Source: Dipteris shenzhenensis
Lineage: Eukaryota
NCBI GenBank assembly: GCA_047967505.1
Contig: CM106538.1
Reading direction: 5' to 3' (one strand)
Length of the DNA stretch: 64,000 nucleotides
In this document: piece by piece, positions 51,262 to 64,000 of the stretch
Layout: the number at the start of each line of letters is the position of its first letter
How positions within the stretch are numbered: the stretch's first letter is position 1
Position numbers and translations under genes: made by a program
The notes under the pieces: model-generated
Told to the model about the DNA's origin: nothing
What the model saw: the letters and a program-made list of their open reading frames with translations, nothing else
Database searches by the model: none

Positions 51262-53489
51262 CCACGCTTCAATCCACATCAAGTAGTCCAAGCTGAGTTT
51301 AGAGCACCTCCATTATAGCCTCCAAGTTACCACATGTCTTTACTACTTAGGGACTATGGCTCTTGCACTATGAGGTGATGTAGGCTACCGTGGTGTGCAC
51401 ATACATGCATATGGTTTGAGAGCTTACAATTAAATAGAGGATCTCTTACACTACACACATTCAACACCTATTTGGCACCTTTGTACCCTTGTTATTACCT
51501 TAAAAAAGTCTTGAAAAATAATTCATTTAAGAAACATCCCTCATAATCACTCTCAATATAATACTATTATACATAAATAATTACTTATTAAACACATTTA
51601 TATCATATGGCAATATCTTTCAAGTGTTTTTATAGTATTAATAACAAGATATTTATGGACATGTTTCTACAGAAGTTTAAATTACTATAAATAAGTATTA
51701 ACTTGGGCTTATATATCACTCTCATAAAATACATGTAATATTTAATACTATATATGCAAGGTTTTCCAAAATATAACCCCATAGAGGTGCTCAAATGGGG
51801 TTTTTCGATCAATTTGAGTGGCTGAATGACTATATTTGGACATTGGATGTGAAAGTTATGTCACTTTTAAAAGTGCTGTCCAAGGTAGTTTTGCCAGCGA
51901 AACTACCTTGAAAGACCTTGTTCAAAGGGGTTTCGCTGGCAAAACTACCTTGATGGCTTGCTTCAATGAGTTTTCTTTGAAGAAACCCTTTCATAAAGAT
52001 AGGTTGAGAGAGGTTTTTCAATGTCACCCCCTATTAAGTAAAAAGTTATAAGAAGGATCATAAGGGAATTTTCATAGAGAAGTCTACTCTACATGTGGGT
52101 TTCTTCAAAAGCCATCCCATTATGTTCTCACCATTCCCAAAGATTCACATAAATATTCATGTATAAAATAGGCATTCCTATAATACTTTTCATATTTCTA
52201 AGTGAAACTATGTTTTCTTCTGATCCATTTTTGTTATATTTTTGCATAGTTGGAAGCTTTTTTTTTCCTTCGCTCGGACGCTCGGAAGATTTCGCTCGGA
52301 AAATGCTCGTCCCCTATTCAAAGGACCCTTTAGCCCCTCATTTCCTCATTCAGTCCCATTATTTAGTAGCTTCTTTCCATCCCTCTGTTCATCCTCTATG
52401 CACTCTTAAGATCCCTTGTACATCAGCAACAATTTAGCAGTATAGATCTGCCTCTCTAGGAGGGTGTACAATAGGTTTGGACTACCAATGGAGGAAGCTT
52501 TGGTGTATGTGTTAGTAGCTTTTCTTTTTATTTTTCTAGTTCTTTATTAGTCTTTTTTATAACTCTCATTTCTAAGCTTTCACTCAATTCATCTCTTAGT
52601 TTTGTAGCCCATATCTCAACGCTTTTTGTCCTTACTTTCACCTCTATTCACCTCTCTCTCTCTCTTCTTTTGTGTGTGTATAAAAATATGCCTTTCTCTC
52701 TCTCTGTCTTCTTGTCTGTGTATGCAAATATGCCTCACAATAAGTTTTAAATAAGGCCTCACTGCAATTACACAATCATTAAGTATTGCATCTTACACTT
52801 CTTGACATTGCTGAGATTGTTGATGGAGAAAATAAGGGCTTTGGGAGATTTTTATTGATTGACACTCTTTGCTAGTCGGATTGCAGTCAGATGGGAAGGG
52901 ACAAGCTCACAATGCTTAAACTCAAAGGTAAGACTTTAAGCCCTTGTATTTTCCTTCAAACACGTTCTAGATTTAATATAATCTTAGCTCAAAGCTTGAT
53001 CAATTTTCTTGTGTTACAAGTGTGAAAAAAAGACAGCTTCTACACTTGTTATAAGGGTGGCACCATTTTATCAAGAAGAGGCTACCATTGGGTGATATGT
53101 CAAGCCTCTACTATATGCATGATGCATATGAATGGTTTGAGCATTAGAGAGCAACCATATTTTCCTTGGGACCTTGAAATAAAGGCTAAAAATGCTCAAT
53201 TTGAAGACCATGTCTTTGACAATGATTCAGCCATCCTCCATGCCCTAATGGCGGTCAAACATCCCAAAGTAAAACTCCAAAGTTAAGTAATAGTAGAAGA
53301 TCGTGCAAGAAAGCTGAAGGAGGATATTGTCGCAAAGCCAAGGCCGATGACTTCAATGAGTTCGAATGAGTCCAAACTAGGATTGTTGAGTTGTATCTTA
53401 CCAAGCCATCTCCCCCAAAATCTAAGCCACCTCCTCTTGAATGGTACCCTGATGGGGAGAGACTCCAGTCTATGAGGGACCGGCCAAAA

Positions 53490-53935
53490 CTCGCACAATA
53501 AACCTTGCCCTTGAAGGGGAAGAAGATAATTTGGTATTCATTGGGAAACAACTCACACAAGAGGAGGAAACAATGCTAAAAACACTCCTAATGGAATACC
53601 GAGACTGCCTAGCATGGTCATACAAGGAAATGAAGGGAATTTCACTAGAAGTGGTAGTACACACGATACCTATTAGGGAAGGTCTCCACCCTAAGGTATG
53701 TGGACCGTATAGAACAAATCCAAAATATGGCACCATGGTCGATGAGCTGGAAAAACTCTTAGATGGAGGATTCATCTATGAGATTGAGCACATTGATTGG
53801 GTTTCCCATCGTCATTGTGCCTAAATGCAACAAGAAGCTAAGAATATGTGTTAACTTAAATAATGTGAATGCCGCCACAATCACGAATCACTATTCCCTA
53901 TCCTTAACAGAAACAGTGTTGGAAAAGGTGGTAAC
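53490..53935 (+). mobile_element. Non-chromovirus Ty3/gypsy (Athila/Tat-like) RT N-terminal fragment
   Basis: LLMEYRDCLAWSYKEMKGI..VVHTIPI..PYRTNP..ELEKLLDGGFIYEIEHIDWVS/PIVIVPK..KLRICVN. Confidence 0.85.
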
Positions 53936-55489
53936 CTATGTCCCACCCTTGCAGTCGATGATCCCATTGCACCAACAAAAAGAAATGTTGGAGAATGACA
54001 TGGCCTATCTCCTCACATCTAACTTCCCATATCTAACCACTCTCTATGCCAATCTCATAACCTCACTTACCCTTGTTGCTACCACCCTCTTAGCCTTCCC
54101 TGAGCTCCGGCCTAACATCTACTCCCTTCATTGTCTCTTTTCTCATGCCTCTCACCACTTTCAACTAACCCAATAGTCGCAAACTTACTAACCCTCACAC
54201 CTAACTTCTTCCCTTCCCTTGCTAATCCTACCCTCGAGGATTACCAAGCTACTCAAACCATTTGCCCAATTCTTCCCTCCCTCCCATTTTATTCCCCTCC
54301 CACAACTAACACTCTTCCATATTTCTCCCCCATGTCCCCAGATTCTCTCCCTGTCCTGCCATCACCTCCGACACTACTTGTGCTGCCATTAGCGAAAAAT
54401 GACCCAATATTTAATTTTGAATATGAAGATCTAGATAATCCAATTCGCACTCCCATGCCAAATTCCAATGATGGGTATGATTTTGATGAATACCACTTCC
54501 TAGTAACCCCATCAAGGATTTTTGGAGGAAATTACCGGATATGAAAGCTCGAGGTGGATGGACCCTGGACAACTTCCCTACACTGTCTTTGTTAGCACCA
54601 AATTAGTGAAGCTTGGTTCAGCAAGTTGGAGCCCCAACTTGATTAGCGCTGCCCAAATTTTTGCTTTTGCACCAAGGCTTAGAACTGGAACTGCATAAAA
54701 CTTGGGATGGTTCTTAGACCTCAAGCTTAAGGACTATGTATCCTCATCTAAGATTCTAACAAAATGTGTGAATCATAGACTCAATCGAACAATGGGCAGA
54801 TGTAGAAGTGTTGGATTGCCAAGTTTTGAGAAAATTTGTGGAAGTGTATATACCTAAGGAGACATGAGAAAAGATGGAGGGAAAGCTGGAAGGATATACA
54901 CTACCTTTATGTGAGAGTGAGAACAAACTTGTAGAGCATTGAAGGATGGATGCAAAGGAGTGGGGCTCCTCCAATTAACTTCTCGTGGTATATACATTTT
55001 CAAATCCATTTGGAAGGATGTTTAATGTTAAGATCTTTGGTAACATCATGGATCATCCCTCGATAGGGTCGATGACTATTGATCTTGGATCCTTGCGATT
55101 TCTTTAGACCCAAAATACATAGCAAATGCATGTTTTGTGGGTATTGTTGATTGTTGTGTTTCTTAGAGTTAAACATGTAGCACATATAATGGTGCAACCT
55201 TAAAATGCACACACTTGCTAGAGATTGATGTTCAGCTAAGTTTTGGTGTCCCCCCTTCCAAGCTAATCAATTAGTTGTATTCTTGAAGGTACACTTCAAT
55301 CTTTGGACTTAGGCATTGTTTCATCCCAAACAACTCGAGAAAGTTTGGTTGGCTTGCATATGATACTTTTCCAGTATGATTTTGCCTTGGTTAAGCAAGC
55401 TAGTTTGCTAAATAAGGGACTAATTGGCCTATCCTAGTTGGAATGGCTACGGATTTCTAGACTTTGTGTTTTTGAGACTTTTGTACGAG

Positions 55490-57110
55490 AGTAAGGAAAT
55501 GGGCGAGGATTTCTAGATATTCTCAAACATTCTTAACTCGTAAAGGTTAAAATTCGATTGATTAGAACCGCCCCACAGCCCATTTTATGTCGTGTCACGG
55601 ACTACAACTTTACCGAATTAAAAAATGTACAAACAAGCCCGGGAGTGGGCAACTAGCAGCAAAGTATTTCGGACCGTACACTTCAAAGAAAACATAGGAA
55701 CGGAGGCTCCACACTTTTGGTTCTTATAGCGAGCGGAGTTCCAAATTCCAATCCACGAGGTAAAAAAGTTGTACGAGGCGATATATCGTTAATCATAGGG
55801 CGGTGTAACGTGGGTTCTAACTTCTTCCTTCTCGTTCCAGGCCCCAAGGGACGTCCTCTTATAAGAATTATAATATAACAAGCTGTGGAAAACAAAGAGG
55901 ATTGCGAGGATCTTTGTCGGGACACACAGAGAAGCATGCTTAAAAATGCAGCATAAAATAAGGACTAAAGCGAAGGTGTGCGATATCTTTTCGATCATGG
56001 GAATTTGGAAAGGTTCACTTCAACTTGACGCACGGGGGAAGTTCACATCAAATTTGCTAAACTATATAGCGATGAAAGAAGAAGGAAGGCAAATTTGTGT
56101 GTGTCCTGGGAAACAGAAAAGAAATTCCAAATTCGAGAATATAGGAAGGAAAGTAAAAGATGAGAGAAAATGATAAAGAAACGTGTTTGGCGGCAGACGA
56201 GAATGCATATCTAAATGCAGCAAAAGCAACAGATCGATGCAAAAGATTTGATATTTAATGTTGGGGAGGGGCGGGACCCAAGGCAAATGTCTGGCGTGGC
56301 TTTCCTTGCGGCGACGGCATTTTGTTTTCTGGGTACGCCAGGGGAGGGACAGAGGTTGCAGTCACGCGGAGAACTCGCTGGGTTTGGCGGGGTCCGCCAG
56401 AAATGGTGGTGCTGTCGCCAGCTTTAGCCGTGGTCCCTACGTCCACCACCGCCACCACTATCGCCACCTCCACCTCCACCACCTCCTCCTCCACCACCAC
56501 CGCCGATGCAGCCTTCTGTCCAAGTCTAGCGTTTGCGAGCCCAAAGGACTGCCCACTGTCCAGCGTGTCTGGCCTTTTTAATCCCTCGTGTTTTTCTAAG
56601 GGACTCTCGAGGCAGCCTTTTGTATATCCCGCGCTTCGCTTTTCATCGCCCGCTGTGTGCACCTCGGGCCCGCGCGCCCAGTTCGCCGGCAGCATTCATG
56701 TGCGAAAGCTCTCGTCGACCGCGAAAACCCCGGGCAGCCCGCCGGCTTCCTTGACCGGTGGCCAGGTTTCACGGCGTAGGGCCTCCGCTTGTACGGCGGC
56801 GGCCTCGATGTCGCGCGCCGCCGCCGCCGCTCACCCCACATCGATCCCTTATCTTATTACTTAACACTCTTACACATTTCCATACATACACTTGCGCGAC
56901 GCGCTTGTCATATACACACTCCCGTATATATACGTATCGTATATCTTGTTCCCAGTTGGCCCACCACCTTTATCATGACTCGCTTCGAGAACAACCTTAA
57001 AAGAAACACTCCGTCGAAGCTTCTTTCGCAAGGCCAAATAGCACGTCTTCAATGATCTATATGCCCCACTTCAACGACTATAAAAGAGTTTTCTAAATTC
57101 TCCCTACGGA
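55490..57110. promoter_or_regulatory. CpG-rich island 13.5 kb downstream of C3HDZ, candidate regulatory region or unannotated transcript
   Basis: Very high CpG/GC in the core (56260-56960), (CCA)n run, no TE motifs, flanked by CpG-poor DNA. Confidence 0.4.
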
Positions 57111-58479
57111 GTCCCCCCACTCCCCTTGCCCTCCTAGATTCTGTATCCCCTCAACCTTTCCACATGTTGCTTGGCAAGCACATGATTGATTGGTTGCACA
57201 ATCATCAACGTGAATGTAGCTAGCTACAAATAACGTACAAATTTTGCATGTGGTAACCAACTCACAAGGCTTGTTTTGAGAGTGGGGTGATTCCCCAAAG
57301 AATGTTCGTGTCTCTTCTATCCCAAGAAAAAAGAAAATATAAGGCTCTATTTCGACCATCCCCACTTTTGTGAGGGACTCACTCAAAGTGGTTAAATTTT
57401 TTTTATTATGTCCAATGTCAATTGAACGATGCAAATGCTAGCAGATCTAGTCAAGGAAGCTTCCTTTACTAGAAAAAAAAGAGTCAATTTTCTCTATTTA
57501 GTCTCTATGAACTAATGGCAAAACATCCTTATGGGAAAGCCTAAATGCAACTATTACTTTACATTGCTTTACTACACATTCCTGATAGGTAAATATTTGC
57601 CTGAGAAAGGATAAGCTAACCATTCATTATGTTGGAAAGCTTCACCCGTCTTTTTTCAAAGCTAGCATTCTTTTAAGTTTTTATACTCATCTACTCCTAC
57701 TATATTTTTAGTGTATGTCTACATATTAGAAAACCCCATGCTCAAATAAATGCTATAGGAATGCCCAAAGAAAGTTAATAGTATCTCAAAGCTTATGAAA
57801 ATAAATTCAAGGGTTGCTCTCCTTGTAGCTTTGAACATAGAGAATGGGTTCTCAAAGCCGTAGAAGCAAGAAAGGTGATATGAATACAAAACCCCCTTCC
57901 CAGCAAGTCCTTCAGCAAGAGAGAAAGAGGAAGATCGTGAGCGGAAGAGAGTATGGAGAGCTCAATCTCGAGCCTCTGCTGATGATGCTATTGATCCTCC
58001 CCCTCCTCCTCCACCAACACCTGCTCCTATAGGGACTCCCCCTGACATGGCCCCTCCCTCCTCCTTCCATGCCTATCTTAGAGAATCCCCATGATTCTGC
58101 TACTCCCCTTGCCCCTCCTCCAACTCCTATTGAGAAGGATGGATCGAGAAAAATTGACTTGTAAAAGTCGGGCATATGTTATTGTGTCAATAAGATCTTT
58201 CACTCATTCTTCCATGATCTCATGCCTTTATCACAGTCAACTGTTCTTACCTCCTAATTGATTGATCATCTTGACTTAGTAGAGTGTAGAGTGCTTTCTG
58301 GTCTTGGTCCGCATCGAAAGAGGGTAGAATTGTAGCTGTGATCACTAGACCAAGCATGCCCGAGGGCATGTGAGTGTTACATCTTGCATCCTTCACATAG
58401 CACCACGTACACTGGGCATGATGAGGAGGGAGAGTTTGGATGTCGATCCTTTGTGGGCATCTAGTGGTCATGCTCCTTG

Positions 58480-58760
58480 GAGTGATCATTTTCTTGACAA
58501 TAGCAATAGGGCTTGGATTGAGCAAGTTTGGTAAGAGAATTATAGAGCATCTCCAACTTTCAAGAAGACATGGAGGAAGAGAGTTTCACAGGGTATCTCC
58601 ATGGAGCATGGTGCATCTTTTCTTGAGATTAACCAAACCTAGTTACACACACTTTATAGAGGCATATCCCAACTTCAAGATTGTTCAGAGATCTTTTGAG
58701 AGGTGCAAGCCATCATTTGTGAGATCCTAATGATTTTGGTTCATAGCTAGGAGAGATTAT
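58480..58760 (+). mobile_element. Possible DNA-transposon transposase remnant
   Basis: HLFLRLTKPSYTHFIEAYPNFKIVQRSFERCKPSFVR resembles the YxxFxxxxPxxKIxxxxFxxxKPxFV segment recalled from Sola/EnSpm-like transposases; recognised from memory only. Confidence 0.3.
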
Positions 58761-59439
58761 GACCATTAGACATGTTTGTTAGCTAGGTGATATTTTTGCT
58801 ATGATTGCTCCTTAGGAGAGTAAGGAGCATGTGCAGTTTATTGAGATGCTCTATGCTAAAGATTGTGCTGAATGAAGATAGTGTAGATGGACATGGGATG
58901 CCATATGATGCACATAGCTTGGTCATGGGTTAGTAGTACTACCTACTTCCAAGTAGGGTGTGGCAGGTTCATGAAGTTTTAATAGTATAAGGCTGATTAT
59001 GAGGTGTACATGTATTTCCATCTTGTGATCGCAATCAAGTATAGCTTCATCAAGTGCATAGTAGCAAGGGGACTATGACTCCATGTTGGAGACTTGTTGT
59101 GCAGGACCATGAGTGCATATTAGAGACATTTGGCATGAGAGATCCTGATTAGTAGATGATCTATTATGATTTTTAATTATTGAGGATGATGTTCATTTTT
59201 GTATATTAAGTTCCTATCATTTGTATTGAGGATTCATGATGGTTATTTATCTATTATCATTCTATTTTTTAGTTCCTCCCATTGTATTGAGGATGCATCA
59301 TTTGAAGATTTTGTCAAATATTGCATTGAGTTTCTATCATTGTATTTAGTTAGTCATTGTATATTTCAAAATTAATTTATAGAATATATGATTGAAAATT
59401 TATTGATGCATCTCATTGTACATTGAAATTTATTTTGAA

Positions 59440-60410
59440 CACGCAATGTGTCCAATGGGTATGATTAGTAAGACATGAATGTTTTTGGGTGTTTGTATCA
59501 TGTACCATGCGTAAGTTGTCCAAAAAATAATGCATTGTTGTGCTTCTACCATCATGTATATGTGTCCCCAATGTGTATAATACTTTGAATAGGTGTGAAA
59601 TGGTTAATATCAATGCTCTTCCAAAGTTAGGTGTGATTTGATATCTTTTATGTTATAAGAGATGCATATTTCTATGTTTTTTCATTGTACACCACACGTA
59701 AGTGCTCCAAAAAATATGCATCAATGTGCTTCTACATACATAAACATGATGGGTATGATGCTTCATGCAAGTCTTAATAGGGATAAGATCCACGAACTTT
59801 CAAATTTTGGTGTGATCCAGATATCATTTGTGTGGTAACACATGGTATTTCCATGTTTTTATATCATGCATCATGTGTAAGTGCTCTAAAAGACATGCAT
59901 CAATGTGCTTCTACCATCATGTGTATGTGTCCAATGGGTACAATACTTTGTGTAAATCTCAAAATGGGTAAGATCAATGTGCTCACAAAGTTTGGGGTGA
60001 TTCAGATATCATTTGTGTGGTAAGACATGCTGATTTCCATGTTTTTAATCATGTAACTTGCGTAAGTGCTCCATAAAATAAGCGTTGATGGCTTCAAATA
60101 TCATGTGTATGTGTCTGATGGGGCTACAATACTTTTCATGGTTCTAAAATAGGTAAGGTATATGCACTCACAAAGTTTGGTGTGATTTCGATTTCATTTG
60201 TGTCATAAGACATACACATTTCCCTTTTTTCTTCATCATATACCATTCCAAAAAAATGCATTGTTGTGCTTCTATGATCATGTGTGTGTATGTGTAAGAT
60301 AGGTGCAATAATTTAAAAAGGTCTTAAAATTGGCAAAATCCATGTGCTTGAAAAGCTAGTGTGATTCCGATATCATTTATGTCATAATACATGCATATTT
60401 ATGTGTTTTT
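59440..60410. repeat. Diverged ~184-bp tandem satellite, just over 5 units
   Basis: TAAGACATG-like anchor at 59469, 59656, 59836, 60021, 60206 and 60385 (periods 179-187). Confidence 0.9.
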
Positions 60411-61495
60411 TAAATACCTCATCCTTACAATCCTTGTCCAACCAATGCAACAGACTCCTCAATACCATCGAGAAGGTCAATGTAGCCCTCCTGACTTGCA
60501 ATCCTCTCTAGATCTTGATGTGTTGTATGAGATATTGGTATGCTAGTGGTGGGATTTCTCTCACAAAGTCTAGGATATAGATCATCCAACCTAAGACTTG
60601 GTATGTGGTAAGATCAACTAGCGCACAATAGAGAAGACACTTTGATCTATGGGTCCAATTGTCAAGCAATACAGTCTAAGTGAATTAGATGACTACACCC
60701 AGGTACATAATATCTTGTTGCATCAAAGGACTAAACCGGCTCATGAACAAAGGCGAGCGTTGTAGATGGAAGGACAAAACATTATCACGTGACTTGGGTA
60801 GAGGGATATGGATGTCTCAACCCTCTAACCCCCATATGGTGATCAACATCCTTATAATACATCAAGATGCTTTGCCTTATGCTCTACATGTTATGCCTAG
60901 TGATATCCTCCTCTAGGCATCCCTGTTTATTATAAAGCAACCTAATGCTCTCCTCATCTAGGCAACCTTATGTCTCCCTCAACTTTGATGATAGACTCTC
61001 AGCTGTTGCTATGATAGCAACTATATATGAGACTATGGTACATCCCTAAACATATATATGCATGGGCTATAGTGATAATTCTAAATTCAAACATAAGTTT
61101 ATGTATAAAAGGAAATAATAAGTGTGGATTAATACCTCTCTAGGACCGATGGGTCCATGGGGTGTGATAAACCAAAACCTAACACTACAGCTCCATAAAC
61201 AAAAAAGGTTGAGGATGGTGAGAACCAATGCAAAGACAATACAAGTACTTAGTATCTAGGCACTCTTGTCAACAAAATCAAAGTATCATAAATCTTAATG
61301 AGAACCTAAACTAATTGCATAATATTAGAAAGGACACGAGAATAGAGAAACATACCTTGCTAGGGCCAATTAGTGCTGCCATAGATCATGATACAACTAC
61401 TAGCACAGGGCTAGCACTACACCTCTAACGGTGTAAGGGATGGATGGCAATGCCTAATGGAACATGTTAAAAGAATGGATTCATGTTATAAATAA

Positions 61496-61706
61496 GGCTG
61501 TGCTACCTGTAGAGATTTGCTCCCAAACTCGAAAAAGGAAAGCAACATTGATCCTCTTACCAAGGCACTACGAACTTGGTTTGCTTTCTTGAGCTCCTTA
61601 CCACGAGCTGAGCTCTTATACCATGTGGACAGAGTGGGAGAGAAGTAAGGAGTCTCACTTGCAGCTTTCTCACATACACAATGGGGGAATACACACAAAG
61701 GTGGAG
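61496..61706 (-). mobile_element. Copia R/U5-PBS-leader fragment related to the element at 1-5360
   Basis: Reverse complement aligns without gaps to 39-249 (about 20 mismatches in 211 nt by eye), including PBS TGGTATAAGAGC. Confidence 0.92.
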
Positions 61707-61819
61707 AGCTAGGGACTAGAGCTATTTATAGGTGCCTAGCTAACCCCTAACACCTAGCACTTCCGGTGGATAGGGTTTTTGATTTGTCAAAAAACCATAG
61801 ACAACACGAACCATTTACA

Positions 61820-64000
61820 TAAGATATTCATTGTAAAAGTTCAGATCACAATCCCAAGGCTACCCTTTCTGGTAATGAGCTCAAAATCTTCACCATGTTT
61901 TTCTTTAACAGACTAATCAAGAACATTTGTCTCAGAACATTCTCCTGCTTTTACTGCAGGTACTTCAAGTCCAATCACTGTATTATGCTGTAGGAGGATA
62001 CTAAAGTGTCAAACTTGAGGTTCTTTCTTTGCTTTAGTTGCTAGCATGTCTGCATCAGGTTCCTATATATCAGTATTTACATCTCTGTTAGCAACATCTT
62101 TGATAACTGCATCTACATCTACAATCTCCACTTCTTTACCTGCTCTTCTATTTGTATCCTACACATCAAACAAAGAAATCAAAAAATCAAGGTTAATTTG
62201 AGGATCTGCTGCCTCCTTAGCTTTTCTTGAATGTACTTCCTTTGCCTCCTCTAATTGAGATTTGAGTTTTTCATTCTCTGCCATGACCACTTCTACTATG
62301 TAGGTGTTAGATATGCTCAATGCCCCACCCTCCTAGTAACCATGAGTGGTCCAAGGTGCTCAAGTTGTAAGGCCCCCATATGACGAGAAGCCGTGTGTGA
62401 GCTCGGGAAACTGGATGGATCCTGACTTGCATGTCAGATGAGGTCTACCAATGAGGCCATTGATGGTAGAAAGGTGATCTATGTGAGTCTAGCCCATGGG
62501 CTAGGTAGGGTAGGTAAGCTGGTAGCACAACGAGGCACATTGTCTTGATTGTGTGGGAGCTCCTTGCTCTCGCTGGGGTCTGGGGGCTAATTGGCCCCCC
62601 TGGTGGGGGTTCGAGGCCAGGAGACCCTGAGGTGAAGGTATAGGGAATATTTCCAGAATATTCCATGGACGACGAGTCGGCTCCACCAACTAGGTTGACT
62701 GGTCGGTTCCATCGACTACGTTGATCCGACTACCATAAGATCAGATCAGATCTTCCAGCTAGTAGCTCTTCACCTAGTATCTGTCTAGATCGCCATCTAA
62801 GCTCCATTGTGGGAGCACACGGGTGGACAGAGACATCATCTGTACTACATCAGTATTGAAGGAAAAGTTTGTTTCTCTCTAGTTTGCTATGTAGAGGTTT
62901 CACTGCGCCATGTAATTTAACAATAGGCAATTGAGGAAAAAGCCTCAGATGGCCTTTGAGCCACTACCATCAATCTGCTCTTCACATTGGTCCACAAGGC
63001 TTGTGATGTTTCTATCAGCTGGGTCTTTAGTCCACCAATTTTTGGCCCTGTCATAAACACTTGATCTGCGATAGCTTTGAGTTGGATCTCTACACCCTCC
63101 AATGCTTTAATTTTTTCTTTAGCAATCACTGTATGAACCTGTAACTTCACATAATCTTTAGATACTCTTTGCAACTGAGTAAAAAATGCATCTTTCATTT
63201 CATTAAGCCATTTTTGCACTATTGATAAACACTCCTTCTACATTGTCAACTATTTAGTGAATTGCTGGATCTCCTCCTCTTTCTAAATTTTATACTTCTC
63301 AAACTCATTTTGCAGACTCAACGACTATCTCTTTAACTTCTTCATCAGCTTTCCTTCTTGCTGGTTGACATCAATCTTTCTTTGTAATTCCTACTTATCC
63401 TTCTTCAAAGCTTGAATTTGGCATTTGCAAATCACTTTGCTGCTCATGGAAATATTTCAATACCCTCATGGCATAATCCACCTCTTTCATAGATACTTTC
63501 CTTGACAACCCTACTCTAGAAGTTGATGTCTGTGCCGTGCTTTGTTATATTCTTGGTTCAGACCACAAGGAAGCTGCTATCAAATTGCTCCTTAAGATTG
63601 GTTGACATGGAGCTTAATTTTCCTTTCTTTATGGGTCTCCTACATATTCTTCAAAGGATCACTACCTCCAATTGGTACATCCCACAGACTTTGCGCCAAG
63701 CTTTTCCCAAAAAACCATCCTGTGCGCTTCTTCAGTGCTATACTTGGCCTTTTTCAACTCCTCAACTACTTTCCACTTCTCCTCATCTGTGGATGTCTTT
63801 GCCGTATGCGGATCTCTTCTTGCTTTAGTTATGGTTTCTTCGTTAGTACTTGGAATCTCCCTTATAATCATTGAAGATACCTCTTCCCATATTGAAATAA
63901 TGCTGTAATAAATGGACCAACTTTGGAATGATTATTGGTACCTGTTAAAGTTTTCTTACCAACCTTTGCCATCAGCCTATTATAAATTATGTCGGCCCAC
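61820..64000 (-). pseudogene. Decayed long Glu/Lys-rich coiled-coil ORF, probably a retrotransposon accessory ORF
   Basis: Minus-strand fragments (..EEKWKVVEELKKAK.., MQKWLNEMKDAFFTQLQRVSK..SSIAY / IVEVVMAENEKLKSQLEEAKE) rejoin in frame across the solo LTR; no recognisable catalytic motif. Confidence 0.5.
62305..62922. mobile_element. Solo LTR (618 bp)
   Basis: TGTTA...TAACA inverted termini; flanks GTAGG/ATAGG (4/5 TSD). Removing it restores the host reading frame. Confidence 0.8.

Noticed and set aside
59440-60410. CRISPR-like array
   Set aside because: Whole units are homologous with no unique spacers, the context is eukaryotic and there are no cas genes.
62366-62849. A second LTR nested inside the solo LTR (TGTAA...CTACA)
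   Set aside because: Flanks CAAGT/TCAGT match only 3/5; not enough support.

Overview
Land-plant nuclear DNA; a fern-like large genome is my inference from sequence style and the divergent HD-ZIP III, not something the sequence proves. There is one intact host gene, an 18-exon class III HD-ZIP transcription factor (HD-LZ-START-SAD-MEKHLA) at about 36.8-42.0 kb on the + strand. Its canonical miR165/166 site is split by intron 4. The rest is transposon-derived or repetitive. It includes a recent but disabled Ty1/copia element (1-5360) and a complete Ty3/gypsy chromovirus with CTGAG target-site duplication (7688-14618), inserted in a (GA)n/(CA)n/(TA)n tract. It also holds L1 and RTE/L2-like LINE remnants, a CACTA transposase remnant, a gag-only LTR element, a TRIM-like element, a solo LTR, an ~184-bp satellite and many old local tandem duplications. 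The best lead is that intron 4, which splits the miR166 site, is 96 nt, in frame and stop-free, so retention would give a full-length miR166-resistant isoform. Other leads: intron 1 is also in frame and stop-free, intron 6 has a duplicated poison acceptor, and the protein has a 12-aa C-terminal extension. Two isolated CpG-rich islands about 20 kb upstream and 13.5 kb downstream are candidate distal enhancers. I found no clearly novel multi-gene system. All coordinates and counts were read by eye.
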